From contig JBKBYA010000007.1 in NCBI GenBank assembly GCA_046313635.1, positions 64,001-128,000 of the forward strand: a stretch of 64,000 nt of DNA, given 5' to 3'. Positions 27,121 through 37,404 of the stretch are shown piece by piece; the first letter of the stretch is position 1; every line of letters begins with the position of its first letter. The notes below the pieces were generated by a model. It did not search any database. It was not told the DNA's origin and saw only the letters and a list, made by a program, of their open reading frames with translations. Both the position numbers and the translations under genes were made by a program. This DNA is from Pyrinomonadaceae bacterium (lineage in GTDB: Bacteria; Acidobacteriota; Blastocatellia; Pyrinomonadales; Pyrinomonadaceae).

Positions 27121-29679
27121 TCATCTAAAATCGCCCAACGCCGTGAAGGAGGACCAGAAGTATGGCTCATGAAAACCTTGCTGCTTATTTTGAATCAAAG
27201 ACAGTGCTGCTTTTTGCATGGCCTTTGATGTAGATTGTGTTTTAAGGTACTCAGCGTAGAACGCGACGGCGAAAAAGTTGGTCGATTTGTCAGTTGCCTC
27301 CCACTGCGATGCGATGATCGTCGTGCTACCCGAACCGAGCATCGCCCAAGGGACGCTGATGAGGCCTTCGCCGTTGTGGACTTTGCTGGTGTCGCACGAG
27401 GCGAGGAACGCCAGGCTGCCGGGTTTCAGGCGGAGCGCGAGTAGATCGTTGACCGTGACTTTCCCTGAATCGCCAGGTCCCGGAGCGAAGGCGAGAAAGG
27501 AGGAAAGTGGATCTTCGCTGTCGAGTTGGGCGTGCATCGAAAAATGGAGTATATCTGCGCCGGCTGCGGACCTCATGAAGGTCTTCCTCGTGGAGCGAAT
27601 TACAGGAGCGGTTCCGAATAATCCCCCGATGCTTTTCGCTTCGTCGTTTACATGGGCGAGTCGCTGATTGTTGAAGGTGTCATTTGCAAAGATCGCAATT
27701 GTCTTTCTGCGAGGTGGCTCCGACGAGAGGCTTTGCTTTAGCAAATAGACCGAGGGCGAGTACGAGATGGTATTGGTTTCTATAAGGTATTTGCTCCCGT
27801 CCGGGCTTAGGGCTTGAAACGGGATACGCCACAGAAGCTTATCGGGCACGAACACTAAGTGACTCGATTTGAGCTTCAAAGGCTTGAGTAACAGATCGAA
27901 AAGTCGCTTGCCGTTGCTTTTGAAGAATATCCGGTCATTGATCTTTGATCGGGTTTCTTCAGCGAGTTGAGAAATTTGTTCTTCCCCGAGCCCCAGTTTC
28001 ACGACCCGAAGGGCCTCACCGGGTTCGATGACGAAGGCCAGGAGGCTACCGGACGGGGTGAACTCGTATGAGATCACGGACGTGCCAGGCGGCAACTTTA
28101 ATCCGACGGCCGAGAAATCCTGATCCAACTGGCTCTCAGTTCGTCGTTCGCTGACGATCTGCTTTTCTAGTTTGATGAGAGACTCCTCGCTAATCTTTCC
28201 ATCAACAAATTCCTTTGAGGTCGAGAAGAGCTTCGTTCGACGAGACTTCGACAGGTCGGCACGGGGCTTGAGCCCCGATTCTTCGATCCGATCCCTTAGA
28301 ATATTCGCTTTCAATTGCTCGGAATACTCAAAAGCTTTAATAGGGGCTTGCTCGGACTCGATCTCGGACAGCAACCGATAAATCGAATGATTGACCTCCA
28401 TCATCCCGATCGAGAGGGACGGCGCATCGCTGTTGCGGAACGGCTCGAATGCCCCGAGTGCCTTGCTCGCGAATTCTCTCGCCGATCGCTCATCGCCCGA
28501 TCGCCAAGAGCCCAATGCGAGTTTGTAATAGATGCCCGGCAGATCGTCACGGTAGTTTGCCTCCTCGGTCAATCGGCGTAGGGTTTCGGAATGGTTGATA
28601 AGCTCTTTCCAATTCTTATCCCGCTCCGCGATCGTGCTTTTCCAGTACGGAATGAGGAAGTCGGAACTCGCCTGCTCTTTCGCGAGCTTCGAGAAATACT
28701 CCTCCGAGAGCAACCGGTTACCCTTATAGTTCTCGACCAAAGCGCGTCCGAGAAAACGCCCAAAGCCAAATGCATTCCGCTTGTCAATCAGTTCGAGTTG
28801 CTGAAGATACTTTTGAGCCGCCGGAATGTCATTCTCGTATAGTGATCGGAGCAATAGGCTTGTTAGAAATTGTCCGGAGTGCTCGTCGACACCTGCTCGA
28901 AACGAAAGGCTCAGGCCCTTCAAATAGTGGTCGGTTGCCTTACGCGGTTGGCCCGTGGCATCGAGCATATTCGCGAGTTCCAGATGCGCCACGCGGTTCC
29001 TGTGCTCATATCCGACCCCTGATGAAGCCTCGATCAACTTCTCGGAGTAAGCGATGGCCTTCGCTTGATAGTGCTTTGCGCTCCAGGCAAGACTTAAGAA
29101 GCGCAGTGACTCCTGGTAAGTGGTAGTATGCCCGCCGGCTAAGGCCAGAGATTCCGCCTTTTCGAACCAGAGGATCGCCGAGAAATCGTGCCCGGCTGAA
29201 AACAATGTTCGTCCGACCTCAAGGTAGTAGCTCGCGAGCGTCGCAGAATCGTTCGGAGCAAGTGATAGAGCAAATTTAATGTTGTCTAAGGTTGGAGGGA
29301 ATTCTTGTTTCCTTCGATAAACCGAGGCCTTGCAGAAATAGAGGTTGGCTGCGTCTCTAGGAGAGTTTTCCCTCAGGGTCCGATCGGGTGCGATTCGATC
29401 GACCGATTCAATGGCGGCATCGAATCTTCCCAATTGGATGTATGTCCGGCATAGATACGAAGAAGCCTGAGCAGCTTCGACGATACGCCTCGCTTTCATC
29501 AGGCGTTCTACTTCCGAAGGACCGCGAGCAGCTATCTGGTCGAATAGACCCTGCGCGTAGAGTCTCGCAATACTCTCCGGGTTGCGCTGCGCGTCCGCCG
29601 TAACCGAGATGAGGACCAGAATGAGCGCGAACGTTACGGTTCGCTTCAATCTAGTCCTCAAATTCGGGTTATTATCCAT
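27121..29679 (-). CDS. Secreted TPR-like/CHAT (caspase-like) protease
   Basis: Signal peptide, helical repeats, LVFVPDKLLWRIPFQAL, LHFSMHA (His), LASCDT (Cys), EPYFWSSF. Confidence 0.9.
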   Translation of the reverse strand: MDNNPNLRTRLKRTVTFALILVLISVTADAQRNPESIARLYAQGLFDQIAARGPSEVERLMKARRIVEAAQASSYLCRTYIQLGRFDAAIESVDRIAPDRTLRENSPRDAANLYFCKASVYRRKQEFPPTLDNIKFALSLAPNDSATLASYYLEVGRTLFSAGHDFSAILWFEKAESLALAGGHTTTYQESLRFLSLAWSAKHYQAKAIAYSEKLIEASSGVGYEHRNRVAHLELANMLDATGQPRKATDHYLKGLSLSFRAGVDEHSGQFLTSLLLRSLYENDIPAAQKYLQQLELIDKRNAFGFGRFLGRALVENYKGNRLLSEEYFSKLAKEQASSDFLIPYWKSTIAERDKNWKELINHSETLRRLTEEANYRDDLPGIYYKLALGSWRSGDERSAREFASKALGAFEPFRNSDAPSLSIGMMEVNHSIYRLLSEIESEQAPIKAFEYSEQLKANILRDRIEESGLKPRADLSKSRRTKLFSTSKEFVDGKISEESLIKLEKQIVSERRTESQLDQDFSAVGLKLPPGTSVISYEFTPSGSLLAFVIEPGEALRVVKLGLGEEQISQLAEETRSKINDRIFFKSNGKRLFDLLLKPLKLKSSHLVFVPDKLLWRIPFQALSPDGSKYLIETNTISYSPSVYLLKQSLSSEPPRRKTIAIFANDTFNNQRLAHVNDEAKSIGGLFGTAPVIRSTRKTFMRSAAGADILHFSMHAQLDSEDPLSSFLAFAPGPGDSGKVTVNDLLALRLKPGSLAFLASCDTSKVHNGEGLISVPWAMLGSGSTTIIASQWEATDKSTNFFAVAFYAEYLKTQSTSKAMQKAALSLIQNKQQGFHEPYFWSSFTALGDFR

Positions 29680-29688
29680 TGATCGCTC

Positions 29689-29946
29689 CTAACTTGCAGG
29701 TGGTCGGCAATTGCCACCGCCGTCATCATCGCCGCCGTCGGCTCCATTGTTCGGACGACAGTCGGAACACTGACGTACGGGGCAGTGATCATCCGCACCG
29801 AAAAACGAGAGTAGTTGTCCCACCGCATACGAGGCGAAGCTCACGGGCAGGACCGCGACCGAAACAATGCTGCTTGCAGCGAAAATGTTTCCCGCGAGCG
29901 TTACAATCAAGGCCGCAGCCACAAATAGGGTTTTGAGTCGTTTCAT
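29689..29946 (-). CDS. Small secreted Cys-containing peptide (85 aa)
   Basis: GGAGG RBS, ATGA overlap with peptidase gene, signal peptide, four Cys in acidic Gly-rich tail. Confidence 0.75.
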   Translation of the reverse strand: MKRLKTLFVAAALIVTLAGNIFAASSIVSVAVLPVSFASYAVGQLLSFFGADDHCPVRQCSDCRPNNGADGGDDDGGGNCRPPAS

Positions 29947-31874
29947 TTTTGTTTCCTCCCAATATGGGTCTTTAGAAATTCATACATCGCACCCGTGACG
30001 AAACGACCGGATACACCGTGCCCCGCCTGTGTCGCATATATGAACCAAACATCGGTACCCGCCTCTCGCAATTGAGATTTGAGGCCGAGAACGTCCCCTT
30101 CGGGGACCCTTGAGTCCAGCTTCCCCCTGGTCAGGAACAACGGTGTGCCTTTCCATCGCGACGCGCTGTTAAGCGGGGAAAGCTCGTCAAGCTTTTTCAT
30201 TAATGCTTCATCGTTGGGATCTCCGTATTCATTTCTAGCGAATTCGTCGATCCAGCTTTGTTTCAGATAATTTCGGATTGATACAAGCGGATATTCCGCT
30301 ATCACCGCGCGGATGCGGGAAGACTCTTTCAGTCCCGTCGCCAATGCTACGAACCCCCCGTAGCTCTCGCCCCGAACGATCACATTGTCTGGATCGAGAT
30401 CAGGCTGCTTCGCAATCCAATCTAAGAGTGAGCTTATATCCCGGACGGCATCTTCTCTCTTGGGCCCGTTATCGGCATCCATGAATTCGCTGCCGAACCC
30501 TCGGGAGCCGCGAATGTTGGTATGAATGATCGAGAGTCCGAGAAAAGCTGCGAACCGGACGTCAAGTGAATTGAATGTGGGGCGATCAAGAACTTGCGGA
30601 CCCCCGTGAATGAAGATCAAGACCGGAGTCTTGCGCTCCACCTTCGAGGGCTTAACGATGTATCCGGAGATCTCTTTACCGTCGAATGATTTCCAGCGAA
30701 TGGTCTCAGGCGACCTTACTTTCCCGGCGAGTACTCCCGGCATACTGGACTCGGTCCAATTGGTCGTTTTCTTCGACCGTATATCAAATGATCTGATCAG
30801 TGCCGGCCGAGCGATGTTCTCGATGGTGAAGACCACCTCGCTGTCCGAAAGCCAGCGCGTATTCCAGACCACGTATGAACCATCCAAGAAATTGGTCGTT
30901 TCCGGTTTGATCCGTTCGTTCTTGATCTTGCCTACCCAGAGAGTGTCGATGCCATCGAATGCCTCCTGTACGAGGATCCGCTTCCCATCCGGTGACGGTT
31001 TAATATCGCCCAAGTGCCCCCGAACATTCTGCAGGCTCACGATTTTCTTTCGGTTGTTTCGAAGGTCGAACGAAAGGAGGCAGCTCTTGCCGCCACACTC
31101 GGGAGAATCTTCATTAAGTATCAACGCCTTCCCCGAAGCGAAGAACGCTTTCGTCGAGTTTCCCGACTCCGACAGCGGCGAAAGCGCTCCGGACTTGATC
31201 GAGTAATTGAAGATGTTCTGATTGCTTGCGGACTTCCAGTACTTGAGCAAAATGTTCCCGCGGTCTACGTCTATTACATTCCATAAACCTTTGAGATCGA
31301 CCTGGAAGCAGGTGCTTCTATTCAGATCATGTTGGCAAAGTTTGGTCACCTTCGCTTCGTAATCGTTATGGGTGTAATAGATCGACTTGCCGTCTCGAGC
31401 CCAGATGAATGAGTCGACCGAGTCATCCTTGCCCGTGAAATTCGAAAGCTTCCGAAGGTCTTTCCCGTCCCACAGAAACAGCGCGTAATTATCCGCATCG
31501 TCTTTGTCGTTATTGAATGCGATCAGAGACGAGGTGGGGCTGACTCTTAAGGTATTAGGGGAGCGACCTTCGACGAGTAGGCTCGGCTTCTTCAACGGAG
31601 CTTCAACAGAATAAACGGCAGTCTTCTCATCGGTTACAAGCAATTTGCGAGCCTTGCGGTCCACGTCCCATATGAGATTGCTCTTTATCGCAGAGGGCTC
31701 ATAGAACAAATGCTTCACGTCATCGTTCTTGATGCGCGGCACACCTTCGACCTGGAACGATGCCGGGACGGGAAAGTCGCCAGAAGGCTGGGCTGGCGTC
31801 AAACCTGCAAACACCCCGATAAGCGTCAAAGCTAGAAACGCAGTCTGCCCAAACTTGTTGATTCCACTCTTCAT
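29943..31874 (-). CDS. Secreted S9 (prolyl oligopeptidase-family) peptidase
   Basis: IHGGP, NIRGSRGFG, GESYGG (Ser), DSRV (Asp), GHG (His); propeller N-domain. Confidence 0.92.
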   Translation of the reverse strand: MKSGINKFGQTAFLALTLIGVFAGLTPAQPSGDFPVPASFQVEGVPRIKNDDVKHLFYEPSAIKSNLIWDVDRKARKLLVTDEKTAVYSVEAPLKKPSLLVEGRSPNTLRVSPTSSLIAFNNDKDDADNYALFLWDGKDLRKLSNFTGKDDSVDSFIWARDGKSIYYTHNDYEAKVTKLCQHDLNRSTCFQVDLKGLWNVIDVDRGNILLKYWKSASNQNIFNYSIKSGALSPLSESGNSTKAFFASGKALILNEDSPECGGKSCLLSFDLRNNRKKIVSLQNVRGHLGDIKPSPDGKRILVQEAFDGIDTLWVGKIKNERIKPETTNFLDGSYVVWNTRWLSDSEVVFTIENIARPALIRSFDIRSKKTTNWTESSMPGVLAGKVRSPETIRWKSFDGKEISGYIVKPSKVERKTPVLIFIHGGPQVLDRPTFNSLDVRFAAFLGLSIIHTNIRGSRGFGSEFMDADNGPKREDAVRDISSLLDWIAKQPDLDPDNVIVRGESYGGFVALATGLKESSRIRAVIAEYPLVSIRNYLKQSWIDEFARNEYGDPNDEALMKKLDELSPLNSASRWKGTPLFLTRGKLDSRVPEGDVLGLKSQLREAGTDVWFIYATQAGHGVSGRFVTGAMYEFLKTHIGRKQK

Positions 31875-32782
31875 CTCGTTCCAACACATCGCATTTCAAA
31901 TGATGTCCGCTGTTTTTCTATGGCTTCGGACCTAATAGGATCAGTTGTGCTTGTCCCGGGCTTCTTGAGCCCTTGCGGCGGGCCAACGATACGATTGCCG
32001 TTCGTCAACGTGATAACCAGTTTCCATCGGTATGTTTTCGCAGGTTCGAGAACGACGCTCGAACGATAGGAAGTCTGAGATTTCGATTCGAAATGATCGA
32101 TCAGATTTTCATCAAGATCGGCGATGTAAATTTCATACGAAGCAGCACCCCTAACGGCATTCCATTTAAGGACGACCTCCTTTCCGTCTGAGACAGATTC
32201 AAGGTTGACCGTCGTCCTGTTCGAGCACGGATTCTCATTACCACGCGTTTCGACATTTCGAACGGTGGGCGCCGGAGATAAGGCTTTTTGTGTTCGTCCC
32301 TGACCCGATTTCTCGTTCTTCTTTGTGTTTACGGGCCCGCTACGACGATCCGGATCTTCTGGAGCCGGAGGATGATCCACCGGCGACGGCAACGTTTCGG
32401 TCCCCAGCGGAGGAACCGAATCCACATTCATGCCTACGTCACTATGGCCGCCTCTCGCCACGGTCGTCTCAGACGGAGCAAGTCGATCCCCGGCAACCAG
32501 GTAGAGCCCAATGATGAGCACGAAGATTAACCCCGCAAAGGCGGATGCTCTTGCGATCGGAAACGTCGAAAAGCGGGGGACAGCAAAGGCGCTCCGTGGA
32601 CGTTGGGATTCGACCTGCAGCGAGTCTTCCAGGACGCAGTTCAAAAAATCGTGCGGTGTCGCCACCGGCAGTTTTGCCCGACATTCTTTACAAATGAGTA
32701 GGTGTCTGCCGATCTCCATCGAGCGAGACGCGTTCGCCCGGTAAATCGCGATATCAGAAGTTGATAGGTGATTCTGACTCAT
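31871..32782 (-). CDS. Putative zinc-finger anti-sigma factor (HxxxCxxC, TM, FnIII-like ectodomain)
   Basis: HLLICKEC; TM AFAGLIFVLIIGLYLV; LKWNAVRGAASY...YRWKL; AAGGAG RBS. Confidence 0.7.
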   Translation of the reverse strand: MSQNHLSTSDIAIYRANASRSMEIGRHLLICKECRAKLPVATPHDFLNCVLEDSLQVESQRPRSAFAVPRFSTFPIARASAFAGLIFVLIIGLYLVAGDRLAPSETTVARGGHSDVGMNVDSVPPLGTETLPSPVDHPPAPEDPDRRSGPVNTKKNEKSGQGRTQKALSPAPTVRNVETRGNENPCSNRTTVNLESVSDGKEVVLKWNAVRGAASYEIYIADLDENLIDHFESKSQTSYRSSVVLEPAKTYRWKLVITLTNGNRIVGPPQGLKKPGTSTTDPIRSEAIEKQRTSFEMRCVGTR

Positions 32783-33013
32783 TTGTTCATCAACTCCTTC
32801 AGTCGTTTGTGAGAGTCGCACGAGCTTCTTCACCACTCCCGGGCTGAGCACAAGTGGCGTTCGCCGCCCTTCATTCAAACTCGCCATCTCCGCGATTTCC
32901 ATATCAGTCGGTACACCTGAGCAGATGCCCCCCAACTGCATGCGACTCAGCGACCGAAAGCTCCTTAACGGCGAAACGCGAAATCTGACTGGTTGTTAAA
33001 TAGTCTGACGCGT

Positions 33014-33703
33014 TCATTTTCGTATCGATCCTCCGAGCCTCACTCGGGCGTCGTGCCGGGCTTTCTTGATCGCCGCCGCGGTGCTCGCGGTTTGTGCAGC
33101 GATCTCCGCGTCCGTCATGGGCAGCCGGCCAAGGATGCTAATCCATTCAGCGGAGGTAACATCGAGCAGGTCCGCGAACTGCTCATCGGAGATCCCGATT
33201 TGCAGAAAATATATAATCAAGTCTTGCGAATGAAGCAGCAACGACTGACGCTGCCGCAGAGTGAGCTGGCAAATTGCTTGCCACACTTGCTTGATCAGTA
33301 AAGCAACTTCGATTTCTGTTTGTTTCTCGATCGAGGTCTGAGCGGCTTCGTTGACGGATTCCAGGGGTAAGCTTTCTGATCTTGTCGCGCGAGAAAAGTG
33401 CCGCTTCACCTCGTTGTAGGCGGTCCGAGCGGCAAAGGAATTCCACTCGCCCTCGGACATCTTCTCGCTCTTTTGTTGATGATTCAGTCGCCAGCGCCAG
33501 ATCCTGCAGGCGATCTCCTGAACAAGATCGGCGGCTTGGGCGGGATCTCTCGCCGCTTGGCGGCGGGTCACTATTCGCTTGACGATTCGCAGGGACGCCA
33601 GAAAAGAATTTTCCGCCGCCGCATCTGCTTTTGGATCGCGCTTCGGATCCTGTCCATCATACCCGCCATGCTGCGGGAGTTCTTCTAGAAGAGATTCGAT
33701 CAT
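33014..33703 (-). CDS. ECF-type sigma factor
   Basis: AADLVQEI and AARTAYNEV (region 2); QLTLRQR and DAEIA...ARHDARVRL (region 4, with insertion). Confidence 0.7.
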   Translation of the reverse strand: MIESLLEELPQHGGYDGQDPKRDPKADAAAENSFLASLRIVKRIVTRRQAARDPAQAADLVQEIACRIWRWRLNHQQKSEKMSEGEWNSFAARTAYNEVKRHFSRATRSESLPLESVNEAAQTSIEKQTEIEVALLIKQVWQAICQLTLRQRQSLLLHSQDLIIYFLQIGISDEQFADLLDVTSAEWISILGRLPMTDAEIAAQTASTAAAIKKARHDARVRLGGSIRK

Positions 33704-34281
33704 GCGGACTCTCTTGTCGAAGCAGGATTTCAGATCGGTTCAGGGAGTGAGTTCCCTGAGTTGGTCCTTTCCTACAAAGACGGCTGCGTATTACTGTCGT
33801 CGAGAACATTGCGCTGAAAGTTACCTCGGGTCTTGTGTTGGTTTGTTACAACTGGATTAGTGAGCTTCGCGGCTCCGGCCCGGTGATTCCGAATCGCCAA
33901 AACCTTCGACCGCCACCTGTTCGCTTAGCATAAAATTTTGCATTAGCCCGAGAAAGCTAGTCAAATGTTTCGAGCTTCAACCGAAAACGCCGGCCTAGGC
34001 CCTTTAGCGCGTCACGACCCTGTCGACACATATCTTCTTGGTAAAACGGGAGCAAAACTCGTACCGTACGGCTTATTTGTGCCGTGCGACTATCGCTGAT
34101 CGTCTTATCCTCGGTCAAGCGCGCCGAACTCCCGACCGAACCTAGCTGATTGACGTCACTGGTCTTGGTAAGTTTTTTGACCCGTTGGTGCAGAAACGCA
34201 CTGAGGCCGGTTCATTTTTGCACCAAGCGGCATATCGGCGATCCAAGATCTGCCCAGCTTCTCTACCTCATGAATGTGAGG

Positions 34282-35700
34282 TCATTCCAGTTCTTTCCAT
34301 GCCGCAAATTCGCTCGGTCGAACTTTGTATCTCGCGACGTTTCCGTCGTGCAGGCTGACCATCTCCGTTTCGATCGCGCGGAAAAGGTCCTCGCGGTCGC
34401 TCTCCGGGATGTCGTGCGCTTCGATAAGCTCACGGATCTTACTCACAACGTCCTTGCCCGGCACCCTATCGACGATGATCGATCTGACAATTTCGTGAAT
34501 CGGTTCCCGGTACCTAAGTTTCAGAAGATTCGGCTCGCCCATCGACTGCTGGATCGCGGTGTACGCACGCGAGGAACGATCGTAAGCCCATAGGTAAAGG
34601 TCCCGGATCAGGCTGATATCGTTTTTCTCGTACACGGCGAGCAGGGCGCTCACGTAGGCCCCGTTGTCGACTTCCGTGAATGAGAGCGGCTTGAGGTTTT
34701 CGCGAATCAGGGGGATATTCGCTACAAGTCTTGCCGTCCGCTTGTTCACGTCCTCGAACGCCTGCAGGTAGGACAACTGCACGATCGAGAACAACGACTG
34801 CTCGAACGGGTCCGCGATGCCGTTCACCTTCTCCACGAACAGGTCGAAGCACTCCTGAAGCACTTGAGGGTTCTCGAGGGGAAGGTATGTCGTTCCGCTG
34901 ATCCCTACGCGGATCGTGCGCACGCGACCCGAAGCCCTCGGGTCCCCCAAGAGGTTTTGGGACAAGAGTGCGTGGACGCTGCATATCTCGTGGGAGCTTA
35001 TGCGGTGATCCTGAACCGAATCCACGATGTATTCGATGGCCGCTTTGTGGTTCAGGATCATCTGGGCTTCCGATGCGTCCTTCCCGGTCGCCGTTTCGCC
35101 CAGCTCGATCAACCGCTTGGTCTCGAGCAGGGAATACGTGTTCCCTTCAAGACGGCTCGAGTTCCAAGACAAATCGATCAGCAGCCGGTCCAATATGTCC
35201 CTGGCATAGGTGCCCGCGAGCCGCTCCACCGATTCCACGCGCCCGGCCGTCTGTAACCGATCGCGCTGATCGGCGGAAAGGTAGAAAGTTCGGTTCGGTT
35301 CGTAAGAGCGCAGGAATTCCTGATCGTATCCGACCGGCACGCGTTGTGCCGTGTCTTGTGAAACATAGCGGAGGAGGGCCTTGGACTCCGGTGAGAGATC
35401 TATACCTTTAAAGGAACCGTTCTCGTCCGGCTGAGTTCGCTCAAGGTCTGGGCTTTCGACTGATTTTCCTGGGGCACTGCCCTGATCGGCGAGGACGTAC
35501 GCACGAGCGGGGCCGCTGCCTTTCGAAATTATCAGGTTGCGGTTTTCCAATGAACTCAACGCTCGCCGGATCGCTCTACGTCGGGTTTCGTCAAGTTGAG
35601 ATATGCCTCTCGCACGCGCGATCGAGCGGACGCTGACCTGCGGCTCTAGGCTCAGCAATCTCAAAATAAAATCTTCGATCTCAACTTTCTTGGTCGGCAC
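34282..35700 (-). CDS. Fic-family protein with N-terminal wHTH
   Basis: SSRLEGN inhibitory motif; non-canonical Fic motif YLQAFEDVNKRTAR. Confidence 0.88.
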   Translation of the reverse strand: MPTKKVEIEDFILRLLSLEPQVSVRSIARARGISQLDETRRRAIRRALSSLENRNLIISKGSGPARAYVLADQGSAPGKSVESPDLERTQPDENGSFKGIDLSPESKALLRYVSQDTAQRVPVGYDQEFLRSYEPNRTFYLSADQRDRLQTAGRVESVERLAGTYARDILDRLLIDLSWNSSRLEGNTYSLLETKRLIELGETATGKDASEAQMILNHKAAIEYIVDSVQDHRISSHEICSVHALLSQNLLGDPRASGRVRTIRVGISGTTYLPLENPQVLQECFDLFVEKVNGIADPFEQSLFSIVQLSYLQAFEDVNKRTARLVANIPLIRENLKPLSFTEVDNGAYVSALLAVYEKNDISLIRDLYLWAYDRSSRAYTAIQQSMGEPNLLKLRYREPIHEIVRSIIVDRVPGKDVVSKIRELIEAHDIPESDREDLFRAIETEMVSLHDGNVARYKVRPSEFAAWKELE

Positions 35701-35774
35701 TGCTCTCCTTTTAGTAAATAGAATTTCTATTTACCTTGGTGATTATGCACAGGATCCAAGCTGAAAACAATCAT

Positions 35775-35868
35775 TACTGGGACAGAAACTGTCCCAGTAG
35801 ATGCCTGTAGGGACAGAATCTGTCCCATTATAAACCTAATGGGACATAGCCGGGACAATTAATGTCCC
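35775..35868. promoter_or_regulatory. Array of GGGACA-N5-TGTCCC palindromes
   Basis: Copies at 35779-35795, 35810-35826, 35852-35868; extra half-site at 35841. Confidence 0.7.
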
Positions 35869-36328
35869 AGCAAAAACTTGATTCCGTCGATATTTTCTAG
35901 TATCGAGATCGACCCTCCGATCCAGTGAAGACCCTAACCCTGGGTAACTCCCGCGCGCCGAGCGGCCCCGCAGTCGCGTGTTCCAAAAAAGGACCATAGA
36001 CCGCCACCGCAGTTCGATCACCGTTACCGGATCGTCCGCGCCAAATTGAAACAAAAAGCTGTCGGCAACCCAGATAACGCCTACGAGTTCTTGTCTATGG
36101 CATTCGATTCGAACACGCCGGACCGCGCCCGGAAGGCGGGATTTGAAAGAAACAGCTCAATGGACCAATCGACTAGTCCTGGACGTCGTCCACCCGCGAA
36201 ACAAAAGTACAAGCGGCGGACAGGTCATGGCTCGGGCGGCCGTCGGGAACTCTCCGAAAGCGGTGACGACCAGAAGCAGGTGCCCGTCGGGCATATCGAA
36301 GACTAACAACGATCAGGAGAATTGCATC

Positions 36329-36730
36329 ATGTCAGCAAACATTTCGCTTATCGGCAACCTCGGCAAGGAACCCGAAACAAAGATCACCGACAACGGGACG
36401 TTCATCGCGAACTTCTCGATCGCGTCGAACACATTCCGGAATACCGCGGAGGGACGCGTCGAGAAGACCGACTGGTTCCGCGTGACCGCGTTCGGGAAGC
36501 AGGCGGAAACGATCGCCCGCTACGTCCGCAAAGGCCACCGGCTTTACATACAGGGCCGGCTCACGTTCAACCCGTGGCTGGACAAGAACTCTTCGCCGCA
36601 GTCCGGCGCCGAGATCGTCCTGCAGGAATTCCAGTTCCTGACCGGCAAACAGGACGGTGACGGCGGAGCAGACGTCGTCGTTCCGCAGGCGGATATGCCG
36701 ACGGAAGTCCAGCAAGCCGCGGCGTACTGA
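36329..36730 (+). CDS. ssb: Single-stranded DNA-binding protein 1
   Basis: LIGNLGKEPE, TDWFRVTAFGKQAE, KGHRLYIQGRL. Confidence 0.92.
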   Translation: MSANISLIGNLGKEPETKITDNGTFIANFSIASNTFRNTAEGRVEKTDWFRVTAFGKQAETIARYVRKGHRLYIQGRLTFNPWLDKNSSPQSGAEIVLQEFQFLTGKQDGDGGADVVVPQADMPTEVQQAAAY

Positions 36731-36851
36731 TTCCCCCGATCTCAACCTGCCCTACCACCCGTCGACCACGGACCGCCGTCCCTCCGCCTGCACCCAGGCA
36801 ACGAGGGCGGCGGTCCGCCCCTTCACGAGCTACCCATAGGTGCGAGGGACC

Positions 36852-37244
36852 ATGAACCATCGGATCGAGCGGATGCGGCATATCTCGCGCGCGTACGTGC
36901 GGGCGAACCGCGACAAACTGTTCCTCTTCGGCGACAACCTGGAACGCCGCGGCTTTGGCGGGCAGGCCGCCGCGATGCGCGGGGAGCCCAACGCGGTCGG
37001 CATCCCGACCAAGAAGAAGCCGAGCTACGCAGGTGACGCCTTCTTTTCCGATGAAGAATTCGAGCTGAACGCGGTGGCGATCGATGAAGCGTTCGCCGAG
37101 GTAACGTCGGCCCTGACGGAAACGACCCGTGCGATCGTCATGCCCGAAGCCGGCCTTGGCACCGGACGCGCCGAACTCGCCAAACGAGCGCCGCGCACCT
37201 TCGCTCACTTGGAGGCTCGGTTGAAGTTGCTCGAAAGACTGTAG
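36852..37244 (+). CDS. Phage-type small protein with FGDN...GGQA motif (possibly macrodomain-like)
   Basis: LFLFGDNLERRGFGGQAAAMRGEPNAVGIPTKK, GLGTGRA. Confidence 0.6.
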   Translation: MNHRIERMRHISRAYVRANRDKLFLFGDNLERRGFGGQAAAMRGEPNAVGIPTKKKPSYAGDAFFSDEEFELNAVAIDEAFAEVTSALTETTRAIVMPEAGLGTGRAELAKRAPRTFAHLEARLKLLERL

Positions 37245-37404
37245 CTGCCTGACGCCCGCACGTGTTCCTCAAAGTGTCGCGACTCCAACTTGAAAGGGAT
37301 TTTCGAGCCTGAATGAAAGTGATTTTCATTCGGGGCGTGGAAAGCGCTGGCCCCCAAACAACGAGCGTTTTCACCCGGTGCAATCCGGGGCAGATGAGGA
37401 AGTT

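Noticed and set aside
35775..35868. Palindrome array as a mini-CRISPR
   Set aside because: Units are 17 nt with irregular 14- and 25-nt gaps, and no cas genes are in the window
36098..36113. TGGCAT-TCGAT-TCGAA as a sigma54 promoter (also TGGCAC at ~2863 and ~27108)
   Set aside because: No GC at the -12 position with correct spacing
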